This document shows, piece after piece, positions 49,751-61,834 of a stretch of 64,000 nt of DNA. Both the position numbers and the translations under genes were made by a program. Position 1 is the stretch's first letter; each line of letters starts with the position of its first letter. Location: assembly GCA_028534125.1 (NCBI GenBank), contig CM052816.1, positions 81,966,001-82,030,000 of the forward strand, given 5' to 3'. This stretch comes from Lama glama (lineage: Eukaryota). Under the pieces are notes generated by a model, which worked only from the letters and a program-made list of their open reading frames with translations, searched no databases and was not told where the DNA came from.

Positions 49751-51969
49751 GTAAGTATATGCTGCCCACTGGCCTTCGGACCCAGTAAACTTAGTTATGC
49801 TCCATATACCTGGAAGAAAAACTAATCACTCTGGGGAAATGGTAACAAGGGTCCTGGATGGAGATTTCTCGACTCGAACTGCATCCAACACTGAAACTCT
49901 TTGGGCCTCTCAGTCTTTTAGCTCTAAGTAAGCGGGTCACGTTTGATTATGTGCTTTCTCCCATCTCTAAAATGCTTGGTGAACTGCTCCCTGGGAGAAA
50001 GACGCTAAGATGAGGAGATCAATTTAGGAAAAATTTAGGTTAAATTGTTTTTAAATACATTTTTATATTTGTCTTCTTATATTTTGTAACCCGTCCTGGC
50101 CCACACATCTAGGTTAGATGGTGTATGCTTATTTGTAATGATATTTGGGTATCTCCCTCCACTCCTTTGGATCCTTTTGGCCTCAGTGTCTGTCACCTGC
50201 TAGGCACTCACCATAAGAAGCAGGGCAGCTCTTCACCGCTGCTGTGTTACTTGTTATTTGGAACTTTTCTTTTAAGAATATATACTAAAAGCTGCCATGT
50301 ACTTTTGCATATCTTTAGTGACAAATCTTTATCCTTTGAGGGGTGGGCAAAAGTCTCAGAAGAAATGCAGGTCACCACACATTACACCAGATTTGATGAA
50401 AACAGGGGTTTGACTCTGAAGTAGAGTTATTAGATAATAGAATTATCTTGACACTCATAAGCTGATTTCAGAAGGTGGTTTCAAAGAGGAATTACAAAAG
50501 GGAAGGATTATCAAAATAGGTGGGTTGCCTCTCAAGGTGTGGTCTAGATACGTGTTTTCAAGAATGTTTAAGTATCTAGTTTCAGTACCAGGTTCCCCCT
50601 TGTCTCTGCACACACGTGACTGCAAGCACACACATTTGTGTGAGTGTTTCATGTGGAATAAAAGCCCCCCTCTTGTGGACTTTCTCAAACTTCACGGTAC
50701 TCAGGGGAAAGCACCAGAGTGGCAGCTGAGAATTTTAAATCACTTTTTTTTTTTAAATTTAGTAGTCACAACACGTTGTAGGCTTTTTCACTAAAAGAAA
50801 AACTGAGGCCAAGAGAAGGTTGAGTCACCCCACAGCAGGCCACTATAAATTGTCCCAAGAAGCTGTCACTGCTGAACAATGTTTCCTTTATTTATTGGGG
50901 AAAAAAACCCAAAAGTCTAGAAATAGCACTTTAATATACGCCTAATAAGCATAATGAATATCCAAACTATTACATGAAAGGCTCAGAGTATTTCCTCATC
51001 AAAGTAATAATTAAAGTTCAATAAATAAAATGAGGATGACAAACTTCTCCTGGCCCGGGCCTGATTACTGTAATAAGTGCTACCTTTAAGAAGCCGTCCG
51101 TGTGCTTTCATCCCAATGAGCATAAACACAGAGGAAATGACTCCGCTCCCTTCTCATAAATCCCCCAAATGAAAGTACACGGTGAGCTTGTTCTTTTTTA
51201 TCAAGATGATGGGGTGGTTTTACATAGTTTTTTCAAGATTACAGTGTTCATTCCATTATCTTTGTTGGCTGCTTTTAATTTCCCTTTTCCATGAAGTTAT
51301 TATCAGTTTTACCGCATTTGAAATCTGCACCTTGTCATTAAAATCCACAGTACCTGGAGTTTTGTTTTTTTGGCAGTTGTGTTGTGTACTCAGCATTAGA
51401 GCATACCGTTGAAATGGTCTCTGCTGTTTCACAAATTAAATATATTTTCTGATCTTTTAGATAAGATACAAGATGTTAGAAAGAAACCATAAAGAATGTG
51501 AAGCCGTTCAGATGTGGCTTGAGGTGTACTACTCAAATATGTATTCTTTCTAGCTGTGATTAGCACTGAAAAACAATGAACAGACTGAAATGGCTAACTT
51601 TTCACTGATTTTAAAAAATTGATTACTTTTATATGATACTTGAAACAACACTTTGAAATTGTTTAAAACTATTTCACACTTCACTGTTAGCCTTAAGATA
51701 TTGTTTACAATGCTCTGGGGGAAAATTATTTATGTATATATATAAAATATATATATATATAAAGCCACTGTAGAATTTTTTAAATTTCTTACTTCAAAAC
51801 TCTGTATTTGTCAGGTTACCAAGTCAAAAACATATGATTTAATTTTCTTGTTATTTTTACCTTCATCTCTCCAAGCAGTGAGGTTATGTGATTTTTCTTG
51901 GGTGTATGTATTAGCAGTAATGGTGAAATAACACTTGACATAATTCATGTTCTTTCCTTTTCCTTTCAG

Positions 51970-52062
51970 GACCCTGCAGACAGTGGGACCATCCCATGCG
52001 AGAACCTACACCGTGGCTGTCTACTTCAAGGGAGAACGAATCGGCTGTGGGAAAGGACCAAG
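51970..52062 (+). CDS. DROSHA: DROSHA exon Q (TLQTVGPSHARTYTVAVYFKGERIGCGKGP-S), dsRBD
   Basis: ttcctttcag|GACCCTG ... CCAAG|gtatgg; 93 nt, phase 2-2. Confidence 0.98.
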
Positions 52063-52879
52063 GTATGGTCATTTCTTCAAATGGACATCCTGTGTGTCTG
52101 AGAAGTCCCTGTGTGCTATTCCCAAACCCTGAAGTCTGTCTTTTTGACCTTAGAGTGTAGAGTGTTGGAGGGTAACAGCAAAGCGAAGCCCAAGAATTAA
52201 TATCCCCACCAAGCCCAGCCCCAGACTTGGGACCTGGCCTTGAATGGTGGGGATGCCATTGCCTGAAGGGCTTTGGCTGCCTGAGAAAACCACATTACTT
52301 GGTGCACAGGTGTGGTCTGTCCAGTTTGAGTTACTCAACAGAGGACCCAGCGTTGCTGCAAGCATTGTATAAAACATGTCGTGGGTGACACAGCCATTAG
52401 ATACTTGAGCTCGTATTCCTGCTCACTTGAGCTTTGTGGAAACACATCTTCAGGTAAAAAGAACTATGTATGTCATCACCTTTTTTTGAACCTTCCAATT
52501 TCTATCTTAAACTGAGAGGTGATTTGAAGTCTGTCTGTACATATATTTTTTTACTCTCTGCCTCTTAAACTTTACACTGAGGATGTTCAAATTTAAATAA
52601 GAAATACTTCAGACCTAATATAAATGGAAGGCATTTTATTGCAGTGGTGAAGGTGTGGAACGAATACCTTAAACAGGCTTTGTGCAAATAAATGACATTT
52701 CTGCAGGCCCCTGTGTGTATTCCTAATCTGTGCAATTCAGTAGGTGACAGTAGAAGTAATCAGATAAAATTTTATGCACCAAACATGAAAATCAGCCTGA
52801 ATAATTTAGAGCCATACTTTGTGTTTCTGAAAAAAAGTTTTTAAATTAAAGTGTACCTCGTCTTTATTTTATTTAATAG

Positions 52880-52926
52880 TATTCAGCAAGCAGAAATGGG
52901 AGCAGCAATGGATGCACTTGAAAAAT
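52880..52926 (+). CDS. DROSHA: DROSHA exon R (IQQAEMGAAMDALEK-Y), dsRBD last helix
   Basis: ttatttaatag|TATTCAG ... AAAT|gtaagc; 47 nt, phase 2-1. Confidence 0.97.
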
Positions 52927-53149
52927 GTAAGCCTATCTCTTTTTCTATAATTATATGTTCATAATGTAATGAGTGTTTTATGGGAAGAAAATGGAGAAGT
53001 AGAAAAATGGTAAGTACTGATGAAATGTGATCTTCTTTTCTTCATAATTATTCTTCACACAGAGTATAGTAGAATATAAGATATATATAAAATGGCCTTC
53101 TGCTTTTTTAAAAAAGTCTTCCAAAATGCTTTCTGATTTTCATTTGCCT

Positions 53150-53565
53150 TTTTTGCATAGAGTCCCACTCTCAGCCCAGGTAGCCCACGTGAGTGCCTTG
53201 GTGTATTTCATTTTGTATAGTTCTCTATACTTCTGAAATCTTAAGCCCGTGCAGTTTTTTCTTTTTAGTTTTTGGCCATTGTTTTATTAAAATGGGATAT
53301 TTACATATTTCTGCTTTTTCCCTTTTTTGCTCAGTAATGCTTCATGGGCAGCCCTGCAGGTCGCAGTGGTTCCAGTTCACTCTTTCTCAGGGGCTACAAA
53401 GTATTTCATGCTGTGGATGTATCATGTTTTATTCAGCTCTTAAACTTTTGGTGGACACTATTTCTGTTTTTTTATCACTGTCGACAACGTGAGTCCCTGT
53501 GTCGGTGCTCTTCATTCCAGGGGCTGGATTCCCGAGAGTATGATGACAGGGTTGGAGGAAATCAG
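53150..53565 (-). mobile_element. L1ME-like fragment, decayed
   Basis: ggctacaaagtatttcatgctgtggatgtatcatgttttattca...ggattcccgagagtatgatgacaggg. Confidence 0.55.
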
Positions 53566-53945
53566 TTACATAATTGACCCCTGTAGGGAGCTGCCGAGTC
53601 TTTGTAAATTGCAGGCTTAAGTGCAGGGAAGTTTTCTTCTGAGGTACACGGTGCTGCCCAGCAGAACCTGTGGGCAGCGTGACGGTGCGGTTCCATCGTA
53701 CGTCAAGTACCAGCTCCGCGCGCGGAAGAGCGAGGTGCGGGGAGCTGAAAACGAGGCGGCCCAGGCTCTCAGCCTGGAGAATTCCTGGAAAGGCAGGAGA
53801 GCTGGGAGCCAAGTGAAAATCTGCAGACGGTAGCTTGGCGGTGGGGTCATGGGGACAGAAGCTAGTGTCGCCAGGGCCCCGTATCCTTGGAATCCTCTCT
53901 GGTGAGAGTTTTGCTGACTCAGTTGAGCAGTTTTTTTGAATCCAT

Positions 53946-53948
<3 letters not shown>

Positions 53949-53976
<28 letters not shown>
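53949..53976. repeat. (AT)n microsatellite
   Basis: ~14 perfect AT units. Confidence 0.93.
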
Positions 53977-54129
53977 GGTGGACATATATATATGTATAGT
54001 CGCATATTGAAATAAGTGAGACTCCATTTTCTGCCTGTAAGATTGTTAATGGTGATCTTGGGAGTTTCTTGCTTGTTTGCTTTCAGCTATACACTGGTAC
54101 TGGAGAGGTGGCCTGTTCGGAGACTGGCC

Positions 54130-54900
54130 TCCACACACCGTACATACTGCTGGGGGTGAAGTGTTTAAACTGCTGGAAAGCAGTTTGATTGTATGTGTCA
54201 GGTCCTTGAAGACATTGATACCCTTTGATCCAGACATTTATTTCTAGGAGTCAAACCTAAGAATACACCTGGAGCTATGAATTAAAGTTCACAAACCATG
54301 ATAATCATGACAACTTCATTTATAATAGCCAAAAAAAAATCAATCAAACTACATGTTTATAAGTAGGGAAATGTTTAAATAAGTTTTCCCAGAGGTTGAC
54401 TAACATTTCCTGTAACGGACCAGATAATAAATACTCTGTCACAGCTCCACCACTGTAGCCCTTAGGCTCGGAAGTATGGCAAACGGCCGGCATCTGTGTT
54501 CCAGTAAAACCTTATTTACCAAAATGGGTGGAGGGCTGTATTTGGCCTGTGGGCAATGGTTTACCAACCCACATTTTGTCTAAGTGTTGTAATATTTTGC
54601 AGCCATCAGAATATTTTTGAAGACTAATGATATGGGAAAATGTTTATACTATAAAAATAAATGAAAAAAGTACCCATCAAAATGTGCCTGTACTATACCT
54701 CCCAGTGTAAGGGTTGGGGGGGAACGGTTTTAAGTGTTCGTGTGTCTGTGTAATATGTGTACACATTTACATTGTGTCTGTGTATGTGTGTGAGGTATAA
54801 TTTACTTCATAGGAAAAGGGCTTATTATAAGGATATATTCCAAAAGTTTATCTATAGTTTGAGTGATGGGATTTTTTAAAAATGCAAATTAAATTTTACA
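54130..54900 (+). mobile_element. L1ME-like fragment interrupted by MER58A
   Basis: ctggaaagcagtttg...ataccctttgatccag...tttataatagccaaaaa. Confidence 0.6.
54388..54572. mobile_element. MER58A-like MITE
   Basis: ctgtgttccagtaaaaccttatttaccaaaatgggtggagggctgtatttggcctgtgggcaatggtttaccaaccc. Confidence 0.82.
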
Positions 54901-56321
54901 ATAGAATTTACTGAGGAAATAGGGTTCATTTTGTAGGAACTTGTACAACTCACTTTTTTTTGGATTTGTTTGATTTTTTTAAAAATACTGTTAATACTTG
55001 AAAACTGTTTTGTATAATACATAAGGAATCAATTTAATATCATTTAGAAAATAGGATTTTATTTCTGTTTTATCTCTAAACTACAGATGTCATTATATTC
55101 CTATTTTGTTTGAAGTCAGCCACTGACTCGTAGATATACATGGTCTTTACTGATTCGCTGCCCGCCTTTCAGATCCTTTTCCTACCCCGCTATTCCTGTC
55201 CCTACCCACCCTGCGGTGAAGATGGGACACCGTGTAAAAGGCGGAGGGGGCTTGTTAGGAATATGCTATGTATTTGTGTCCACTGTTAATACACTTCAAC
55301 CTTCATGAAAAACAAGCTTATTCTCCCCGAAACAAGCCATGCTGTCTGATTCTTCCTATTTTTAAATATGAGGTAGTACCTTTTGTGTTTAACAGACCCT
55401 TACCTAGTTCGGGGAACGACATCATTTTCCTTTGTGTTACCTGGTAACTTGCTCTCGTTCATGCATGCATCCCTGTGATGTTTGTTGTTGGAGTATGTTT
55501 GTTGACTGAGTGTGTGAAATGACTTTTTTTCTCGTTCTACCTTTGACTTCTTACTCTGTTACTATGCTCATCATATACCACAGGTAACAACTGAATTGTA
55601 AAGTGTTTACATCTTAATCAAGATTTTCACTGTGTCAACACTCTTGCACTGGGTCAAATATCAAAATATTGCTTAACCTATGCTATTGAGTAACATGTTT
55701 CCTTTCACCAAATAAAAGTGCTCTTCTTGAGTTGCTCTTGCCGATATAGCTTTGGGCTTTTCGTGGTAAACAATGCAAATTGAATTATCAGAAATAACAA
55801 CTTAGGATGTGGCCTCCTTTTGTCCATCTGATCTTTTTTTTACTCCTTTCAGAAACTCTAATTGTTGGTAAATAATGGTGTGATAATATCATTATTTGTT
55901 CGAAGTTTTTGGTTTGAGCTTTATAAAAATATACAACTCCATTTTGCTATCGCCTCTAATCTCTCCCCGAAAATGACTTGTTGCTAGGAGAGCTGTGTTA
56001 ACACACCTAGCTGGAAACGTTCCGAAACCACATGTCTGTGTTGTGACATTTCTGCATGTTTTGGTGCCTTTTATGCTCAAGTTCACATCAGGTACTGGAA
56101 TCTAGAATTGGGAGCTGATCCAGATTTCCACTGTGTTCCTGAATGATGAAAGAGTCAGAGAAGAAAGCAAACAATTCTTTTTTCCTCTCGCCTTACAAAA
56201 TACAGCTGTGTGGGTTTCATATGAATACATGTTTGTTTGTATGTGTGTATGTTTAGTTTGCATCATTCTTTGCACAAGTGACTCTCCTTTATTAAGTGTA
56301 AAATATATCTCCTTGTGTCAG

Positions 56322-56452
56322 ATAACTTTCCCCAGATGGCCCATCAGAAGCGGTTCATTGAACGGAAATACAGACAAGAGTTAAAAGAAATGAGGTGGGA
56401 AAGAGAGCATCAGGAGAAAGAGCCAGATGAGACTGAAGACATAAAGAAATGA
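56322..56452 (+). CDS. DROSHA: DROSHA terminal exon S, coding part (NFPQMAHQKRFIERKYRQELKEMRWEREHQEKEPDETEDIKK*)
   Basis: ccttgtgtcag|ATAACTTT ... AAG AAA TGA (stop 56450-56452). Confidence 0.98.
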
Positions 56453-56561
56453 AGGAGGGCAGGGAAGTGGTGGTGTATTTACTTGGTTAATAACTGTGAC
56501 TGTTGCCCATTGAGACCTAGCCTAGTTTTCCCGGAGACAATGAATGAAGTGTGCCCATTGA

Positions 56562-56567
56562 AATAAA
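56562..56567 (+). terminator. Proximal polyadenylation signal AATAAA
   Basis: AATAAA ~110 nt after the stop, followed by a GU-rich tract (cttgttgtttt). Confidence 0.65.
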
Positions 56568-56722
56568 AGACAAAGTCAAATCACTCTTGTTGTTTTACTG
56601 ATCTCCTACTTGGCTTTTTTAGCTGGATGGGCTTTATTACAAAGTATTTTGTTTCTCTTCTATTTACTGGAAAACTTCACTTGGGTGAATGTGCATATTC
56701 CCTATTATTTTGTTCTTTAAAC

Positions 56723-56728
56723 AATAAA
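56723..56728 (+). terminator. Distal polyadenylation signal AATAAA
   Basis: AATAAA with U-rich upstream sequence and downstream GU/U-rich element (ggttgtttttttt). Confidence 0.75.
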
Positions 56729-57374
56729 ATTCAAAAAGTATATGTGGAATAGGTTGTTTTTTTTCCCCCTCTTTCTGAGATGTGACTCCAGACGTTCAGC
56801 TGACAAGTGAAAATTTTACTTTACTAGATATTTGGGCTTCACACTATTCACATCTACACTGTGTGAAATCTCTGGATTATTAACTCGATTTTTCAGCTTT
56901 CATCTGGGTGTTTATCATGTTCTCATCTGTAAATATCATGTTTACCCTCGCTAACCAGTGAGTCCTTTGTAGGAGGGACCCCTTTAACGTTTAGCTGGCT
57001 ATTTGGTGGGGCAGGGAGGCTGATATTCGAGTCACATATATTCCTTGACTCACTAGAAGAGGAGAAATCATGATTCCAAGCCAGATGACACTTTAAGTCA
57101 GATGCTCTCACCCTCGGGTCAGTGGCCCCTTTTAGAAGTTTATAGACAGACTTCAGGAAAGTCTCAAAACTTTCTGAGATTGTATCAGATTTTATGTGTG
57201 TGTTGGGTTTGGGAGTGAGTGGGGAGCAGAAGAGGAGGGTTCATGGCTTATTTCATCTCAAAGTGGTCCCTGCAATTGAGGGCTACCATTGCATTGAAAG
57301 ATGTCACATTTTTAATGTTATTTTAAACCAATCATCACTGGTTTCTTATTAAAGACAAAACTTTTTTTAAAACA

Positions 57375-57665
57375 AATGTATGTTCATTCATTACCTTTAC
57401 AGATATCTAGTGAGTGCCGCCTACTATGTGTCAGGCATTGTTCTAGGATCTGGGGCTATAGCCGTGACAAAATAAAATTCCCTGCCCCCGGGAGATCGTG
57501 CGCTGGTGGAGGAATACACGCCGTGACAGGAAGTGCGTCACAAGGTGATGTAGATGTCGGCCAGAGTAAAGCAGGAGGTGAGATGGGTGGAATTTTCAGT
57601 CCGGTGGTTGAGGAAGCTCCCCACGAGGGTCTGAGTTAAGATGGGAATGAGGAGAGTGAGTCATT
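57375..57665 (-). mobile_element. L2 3'-end fragment
   Basis: gatatctagtgagtgccgcctactatgtgtcaggcattgttctaggatctggggctatagccgtgacaaaa. Confidence 0.75.
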
Positions 57666-59177
57666 CAGGGCTTCTTATTTATGTCACTATATTACATGTT
57701 ACGTATGCATTGTTGAAAATTTGGAGAGTGTGTTGCTTTTATTAGCAGGAGGAAGAAAGAAATGTTACTTTGGAAATATTGTGGAGAAAGTAGAAAACAT
57801 AAGCAGAAAAACAGATCACCTATGATTCTATCACCCAGAGATTTTTATATTGTCAGACCTTCTGTGTGTATAATACGTACACACGTGCACTCAAAGTGCA
57901 CCTTCACGGTAGGAGACCTTACTTATGGTTTCCATATCCTTTCTTTTTTATTAACTAATAAGTCATCTTGGTGTTGAATCCACATTTACATGTACATTGA
58001 TGGCTATGTCTTAATGCATATGTTGTATGCCAGTTACGGTTATACTGTAATTCACTGATTAATGAAAGATGTGTAAGTTGTAAGCAATTTGTTGCTGTCA
58101 TAGACAGTACTGTCACGTACACACATACACACGCATGCACGCACACTCACACAGGGCGGAGAGAGAGGAGTGAGAGAGAAGACCTCTCTAGAGCTTGGTA
58201 ACTTGTTAACCATAAAAATGTAAGGTGGTGCCTGGGAGAAAAGGTTGCCCTGGTGCCCCTTCCCCCCTCAGAGGAAGACTGGAGGGGAAGAATAGTGAAT
58301 TCATCAGTAGGCTTGAAAATGTTAGAATGGAAGCCAAAAAGCAGAGGAAAATCTTTGAACTTTTTTTTAAACAAGCACTTTTCCCTAGTCTTGCATATGC
58401 ATCAAAATAACTTCAAAGCCAGCGTGCTGTTCAGGACTCTTCATTGGACCTGCACTTTTCCTCTCTGTAGTATTCTGGCATTTTTCGGGTCCTCTCTTCA
58501 TATTAATGTCTCTGGAAACCTGAAGTCAAGGTTAAGTCTATAACACAGCAGAGAACCTCCTGCAGCGAACACGCCAAACACACATCAGGGCAGGTTAGCC
58601 CCAGGGCCCTTCCAGAGCAGTGTTGAGGCCAGTGGCCAAATTCTGTAACTAGCCCCATAGACCAGCTCAGCCACGGCTTCCACTTTACCTCCATCCCAAC
58701 CCAACCCAGTGTTTCACCGTCCAGTTCTGATCATGGGAAGCGACAGTGACAGTGTACATCAGGCATTAATTCAGCTGTCCTGTGCTATGCACGGAGGCTG
58801 AATATTAAGATCCTTTCTCACAAGTTGCTTGGGTTCTGGTCAGGGAGACATGAAGCGATGGTGCATTTACAGACAAAAGGCCTCTGAGCTGGGAGGGGAA
58901 GGCGGGGAGTAGGCCAGACAGGCACGGCTTCACGGAGGAGTTACTACTTGAGGAGTTCACTGAACCTTGAAGCTGAGAGGGAGCTTGCAAGACGCGGGAG
59001 GACGTTTCCTTCCAAGGGAGCAACAGGATTGGGTGGCAGGGAAGTGCGTTAGGATCCTGTCATATTCCACAGGAGATGTGATGAAGACCTGAAACGAGCC
59101 GTTGAGGATGGAGGTGCTGGGATAGAACAGATTTGAAAGATGCATAGGAGAGGAACCTACAGGCCGTGGAGTAGGAT

Positions 59178-59398
59178 GAGGTCTCTCAGCCTCAGTGCTA
59201 CTGACGTTTTGGGCCAAATAATTCTTTGTTGGGGGGCAGGAGGGACTGTCCTGTGCGTGGTAGGATGTTAACCACATTTCTAGCCTCTTCCCGCTGGATG
59301 CCAGTAGCATCCCTTCCCCTACTTGTGAAATGTAAAAATGTCTTCAGACATTGCCCAGTGTCCCCTGGGGACGAAATCACCCCTGACTGAGAACTGCC
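59178..59398. mobile_element. MER20 hAT-Charlie MITE
   Basis: ctctcagcctcagtgctactgacgttttgggccaaataattctttgttgggggg...aaaaatgtcttcagacattgcccagtgtcccctgggg...tgagaactg. Confidence 0.92.
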
Positions 59399-60139
59399 AA
59401 GGTAGGAGAAATGAAGTGAAAGAACACCAGGCTAATTTTTGTACAGTCAAGATGCAAACTACTTACAGAAAAGCAGAATTGGGTGTTGAGTTGAGCTGGC
59501 TGTGTTGAGCTTTGTTTAGGTCCTGTGGGATGTCTCTGTGGAGATGTTGAGTGGACAGTTTGGATACATGGTTATATAGCCCAACAAAGATACTTGAGCT
59601 CAAGGGCAGATTAGAAATGGACTCAGAAACTTCGATAGTATTTGTCCACCTACAAAGGAGGACATTGTTTTCCTGGGTTGGAGGCAGGAAACCATTCCAG
59701 TATGTATTGCTTTCAAACTATAAGCTTCATACATTATATAAATTTATACCAGATAGGGAACTCAACTTCTATCTGAACTATTTCAACTCTAGATGTGTTT
59801 TCTTAACCACTTGATGGTTTCAGAATTATTTCTGTCATCATCCTTAACTTTGTGAAGCTCTTGTGACAGTTTCCCCTTGATTACCTTCTACAAAGTGAAG
59901 GAGGCCCTTTTCTGAATTACATGGGTTCCATGACAGCATTCTGAACTGGGAGTGACAACATACTTACTAAAGCCTTGCAGACAAGTTCCCATTCCCAGCC
60001 CCCAAGTCTTCACTAGACCCTCATTACTTATTCTGTTTCATAAGGATGAAATAAAACATAATTAGGCATTGTAACATTTCTTTTGTATAAATATCAGAAC
60101 GTTTAAGAGAACAACCTGTGGAAGAAATACTTCACTGGC

Positions 60140-60560
60140 CACAAAAGATTTTTGTTCTTGTGGACTTAGTGTCAGGAAGTGCCTGCTCAACTGGGGACCA
60201 CGTTCCAGCCTCTGTGTTGTAGTGAGGCCAAGGAGCTAGTTCCCACCTGTTAAGTGTAAAGAGCTTCCAGGCTGTGGTGCCCAGAGCACGTTTGCCATTT
60301 CTCCAACCCCTGATGCTAATTTGCTGGCTGGATGCCAACATCTAGGGAAAGTGACCTCGAAACCACTCTCAGCATGAATGGCTGCGTGGAGCAGAGCCTC
60401 CGCCCCACCCCTGCCACGCCGCTCCACTCCCCATCTCCCGTTCCAATGATGAGAGAATCCTGCTTGGACTTCACTCAGATGAGAAGCACATACCTGTGTG
60501 TTTAGCCACTGAGAGCTGGGGATTTATCCTTTATAGCCGCTAGTGTTACCTTCTCTAACA
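60140..60560 (+). mobile_element. MLT1 (MLT1H/J-like) MaLR solo LTR
   Basis: gaatggctgcgtggagcagagcc...gtttagccactgagagctggggatttat...gttaccttctctaaca. Confidence 0.65.
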
Positions 60561-61285
60561 CAAATATTTCTGAGGCAGGCAGTGAACAATCCATTTAATT
60601 GAATATTTACCAGCCCAGCCAGATTTAAAAAAAAAACAAACATCAACCTGTTACTAATGCTCTATTGAACCAATACTATCATGTCCCTGATTTAATTTTG
60701 ATGCTCTTATGTATGGTTTAGAAATATCCCTACTCTTACATTAAAAGAAATGTTAAAATATAACTGCCATTAAATAAAATAAATTTTTATGTAGAATTAG
60801 GGGTTTGGAGAACATTCATTCTAAGATTTATTAATATTTGTAGCATCTACTATAATCCTGGGCATGAAAGATTAAAAGCAACATCCTTGTTCTCAGGAAG
60901 CTCCCTATTTAAAAAAGGAAGCACAGACACTTACGTACATAAGGTTCTATACAGAGGATCACAGAGAGGGAGAGACTCATTCCATCTGGAGGAAGGGTGT
61001 GGGTCTGAGGAGGTTTACCTTTAGTTTGATTTTGAGAGATGATGTCAGTCCACCTAGCTGGTGACTTCCCCTTTCCATACTCCTCATGACCACAAACCTT
61101 TTCTCAGGTCAAACATATCTTATTTTTCAACCATAACATTATCATGACCCCTAGCAAAATTATCAAAAGCTTCTTAATAACTTCTAGTAACCAGCCCACA
61201 TTCAAATGCACAGCTGGTTTGTCCAAATAATGATTTAAAAAGGATCCACATGTTGTCTTTTGGTTTCAGATCTCTTACATCACCA

Positions 61286-61435
61286 TTTTTTAAACTTTTT
61301 GTTTATTTTTATTTTTGCTAAGTGGGGGGAGGTAATTAGGTTTATTTATTTATTTTTAGAGGAGGTACTGGGGATTGAACCCAGGACCTTGTGCATGCTA
61401 AGCATATGCTCTACCACCTGAGCTATACCCTCCCC
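61286..61435 (-). mobile_element. tRNA(Ala)-derived camelid SINE (Vic-1 type)
   Basis: Reverse complement ggggagggtatagctcaggtggtagagcatatgcttagcatgcacaaggtcctgggttcaatccccagtacctcc has A and B boxes, then aaataaataaacctaattacctcccccc and an A-rich tail. Confidence 0.9.
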
Positions 61436-61729
61436 ACCTTACATTGCTTTTAATCTGGAACATTCCTCCACTCCCCCCCCCCCCCTTTTTCATGGCTAGT
61501 TGAAGAAACCTGGCCAGTTGTCCATTGAATTTCCCACATTCTGGATGTGATGCATTGCTTTCTCATGTCATTTACTTTTTCCTTTATCCTCTGTATTAGC
61601 TTGAAAGGCATGATTTTAGGTTTAGTTTCAAATTTTGTGGCACATGTGTATTTCAGGGCTCCCTCCCATCCCATCTCTGAAATAATTTCAACAGTGCCAG
61701 TTCTCAAATGCTTTTGGGGAATAGATGTT

Positions 61730-61831
61730 TGTGGTGATTAATTTTATGTGTCAGCTTGGCTAGGCAAGGGATGTTGCTTTGAGCAACTGAGTTTGTGGTC
61801 ATTTGTTGTGCAGCCTTAGAAAACAGATACA
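61730..61831 (+). mobile_element. ~100-bp MLT-type LTR remnant with both termini (TG...CA)
   Basis: tgtggtgattaattttatgtgtcagcttggctaggc ... gagtttgtggtcatttgttgtgcagccttagaaaacagataca. Confidence 0.65.
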
Positions 61832-61834
61832 GTC

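Larger units (their letters stand above)
3723..56750 (+). other. DROSHA: DROSHA gene, 3' portion (19 coding exons plus 3'UTR; 5' exons lie upstream of the window)
   Basis: Exons joined at GT-AG boundaries with consistent phases give 1884 nt = 627 aa + TGA, from KPSSVRIDQLDREQ to EPDETEDIKK*. Two RNase III signatures (NERLEFLGD, NQRMEFLGD) and a dsRBD are present. The 3' end is approximate. Confidence 0.99.

Noticed and set aside
53150..54900. Inverted L1 fragments forming long dsRNA in the last intron
   Set aside because: They cover similar consensus regions in opposite orientation but look too diverged to pair stably.
55711..55716. Intronic AATAAA as an alternative poly(A) site in the last intron
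   Set aside because: AATAAA is frequent in this AT-rich window and I found no alternative terminal-exon acceptor to go with it.
61360..61435. tRNA-Ala gene on the minus strand
   Set aside because: Imperfect cloverleaf followed by a SINE body and A-rich tail; it is a tRNA-derived SINE head.
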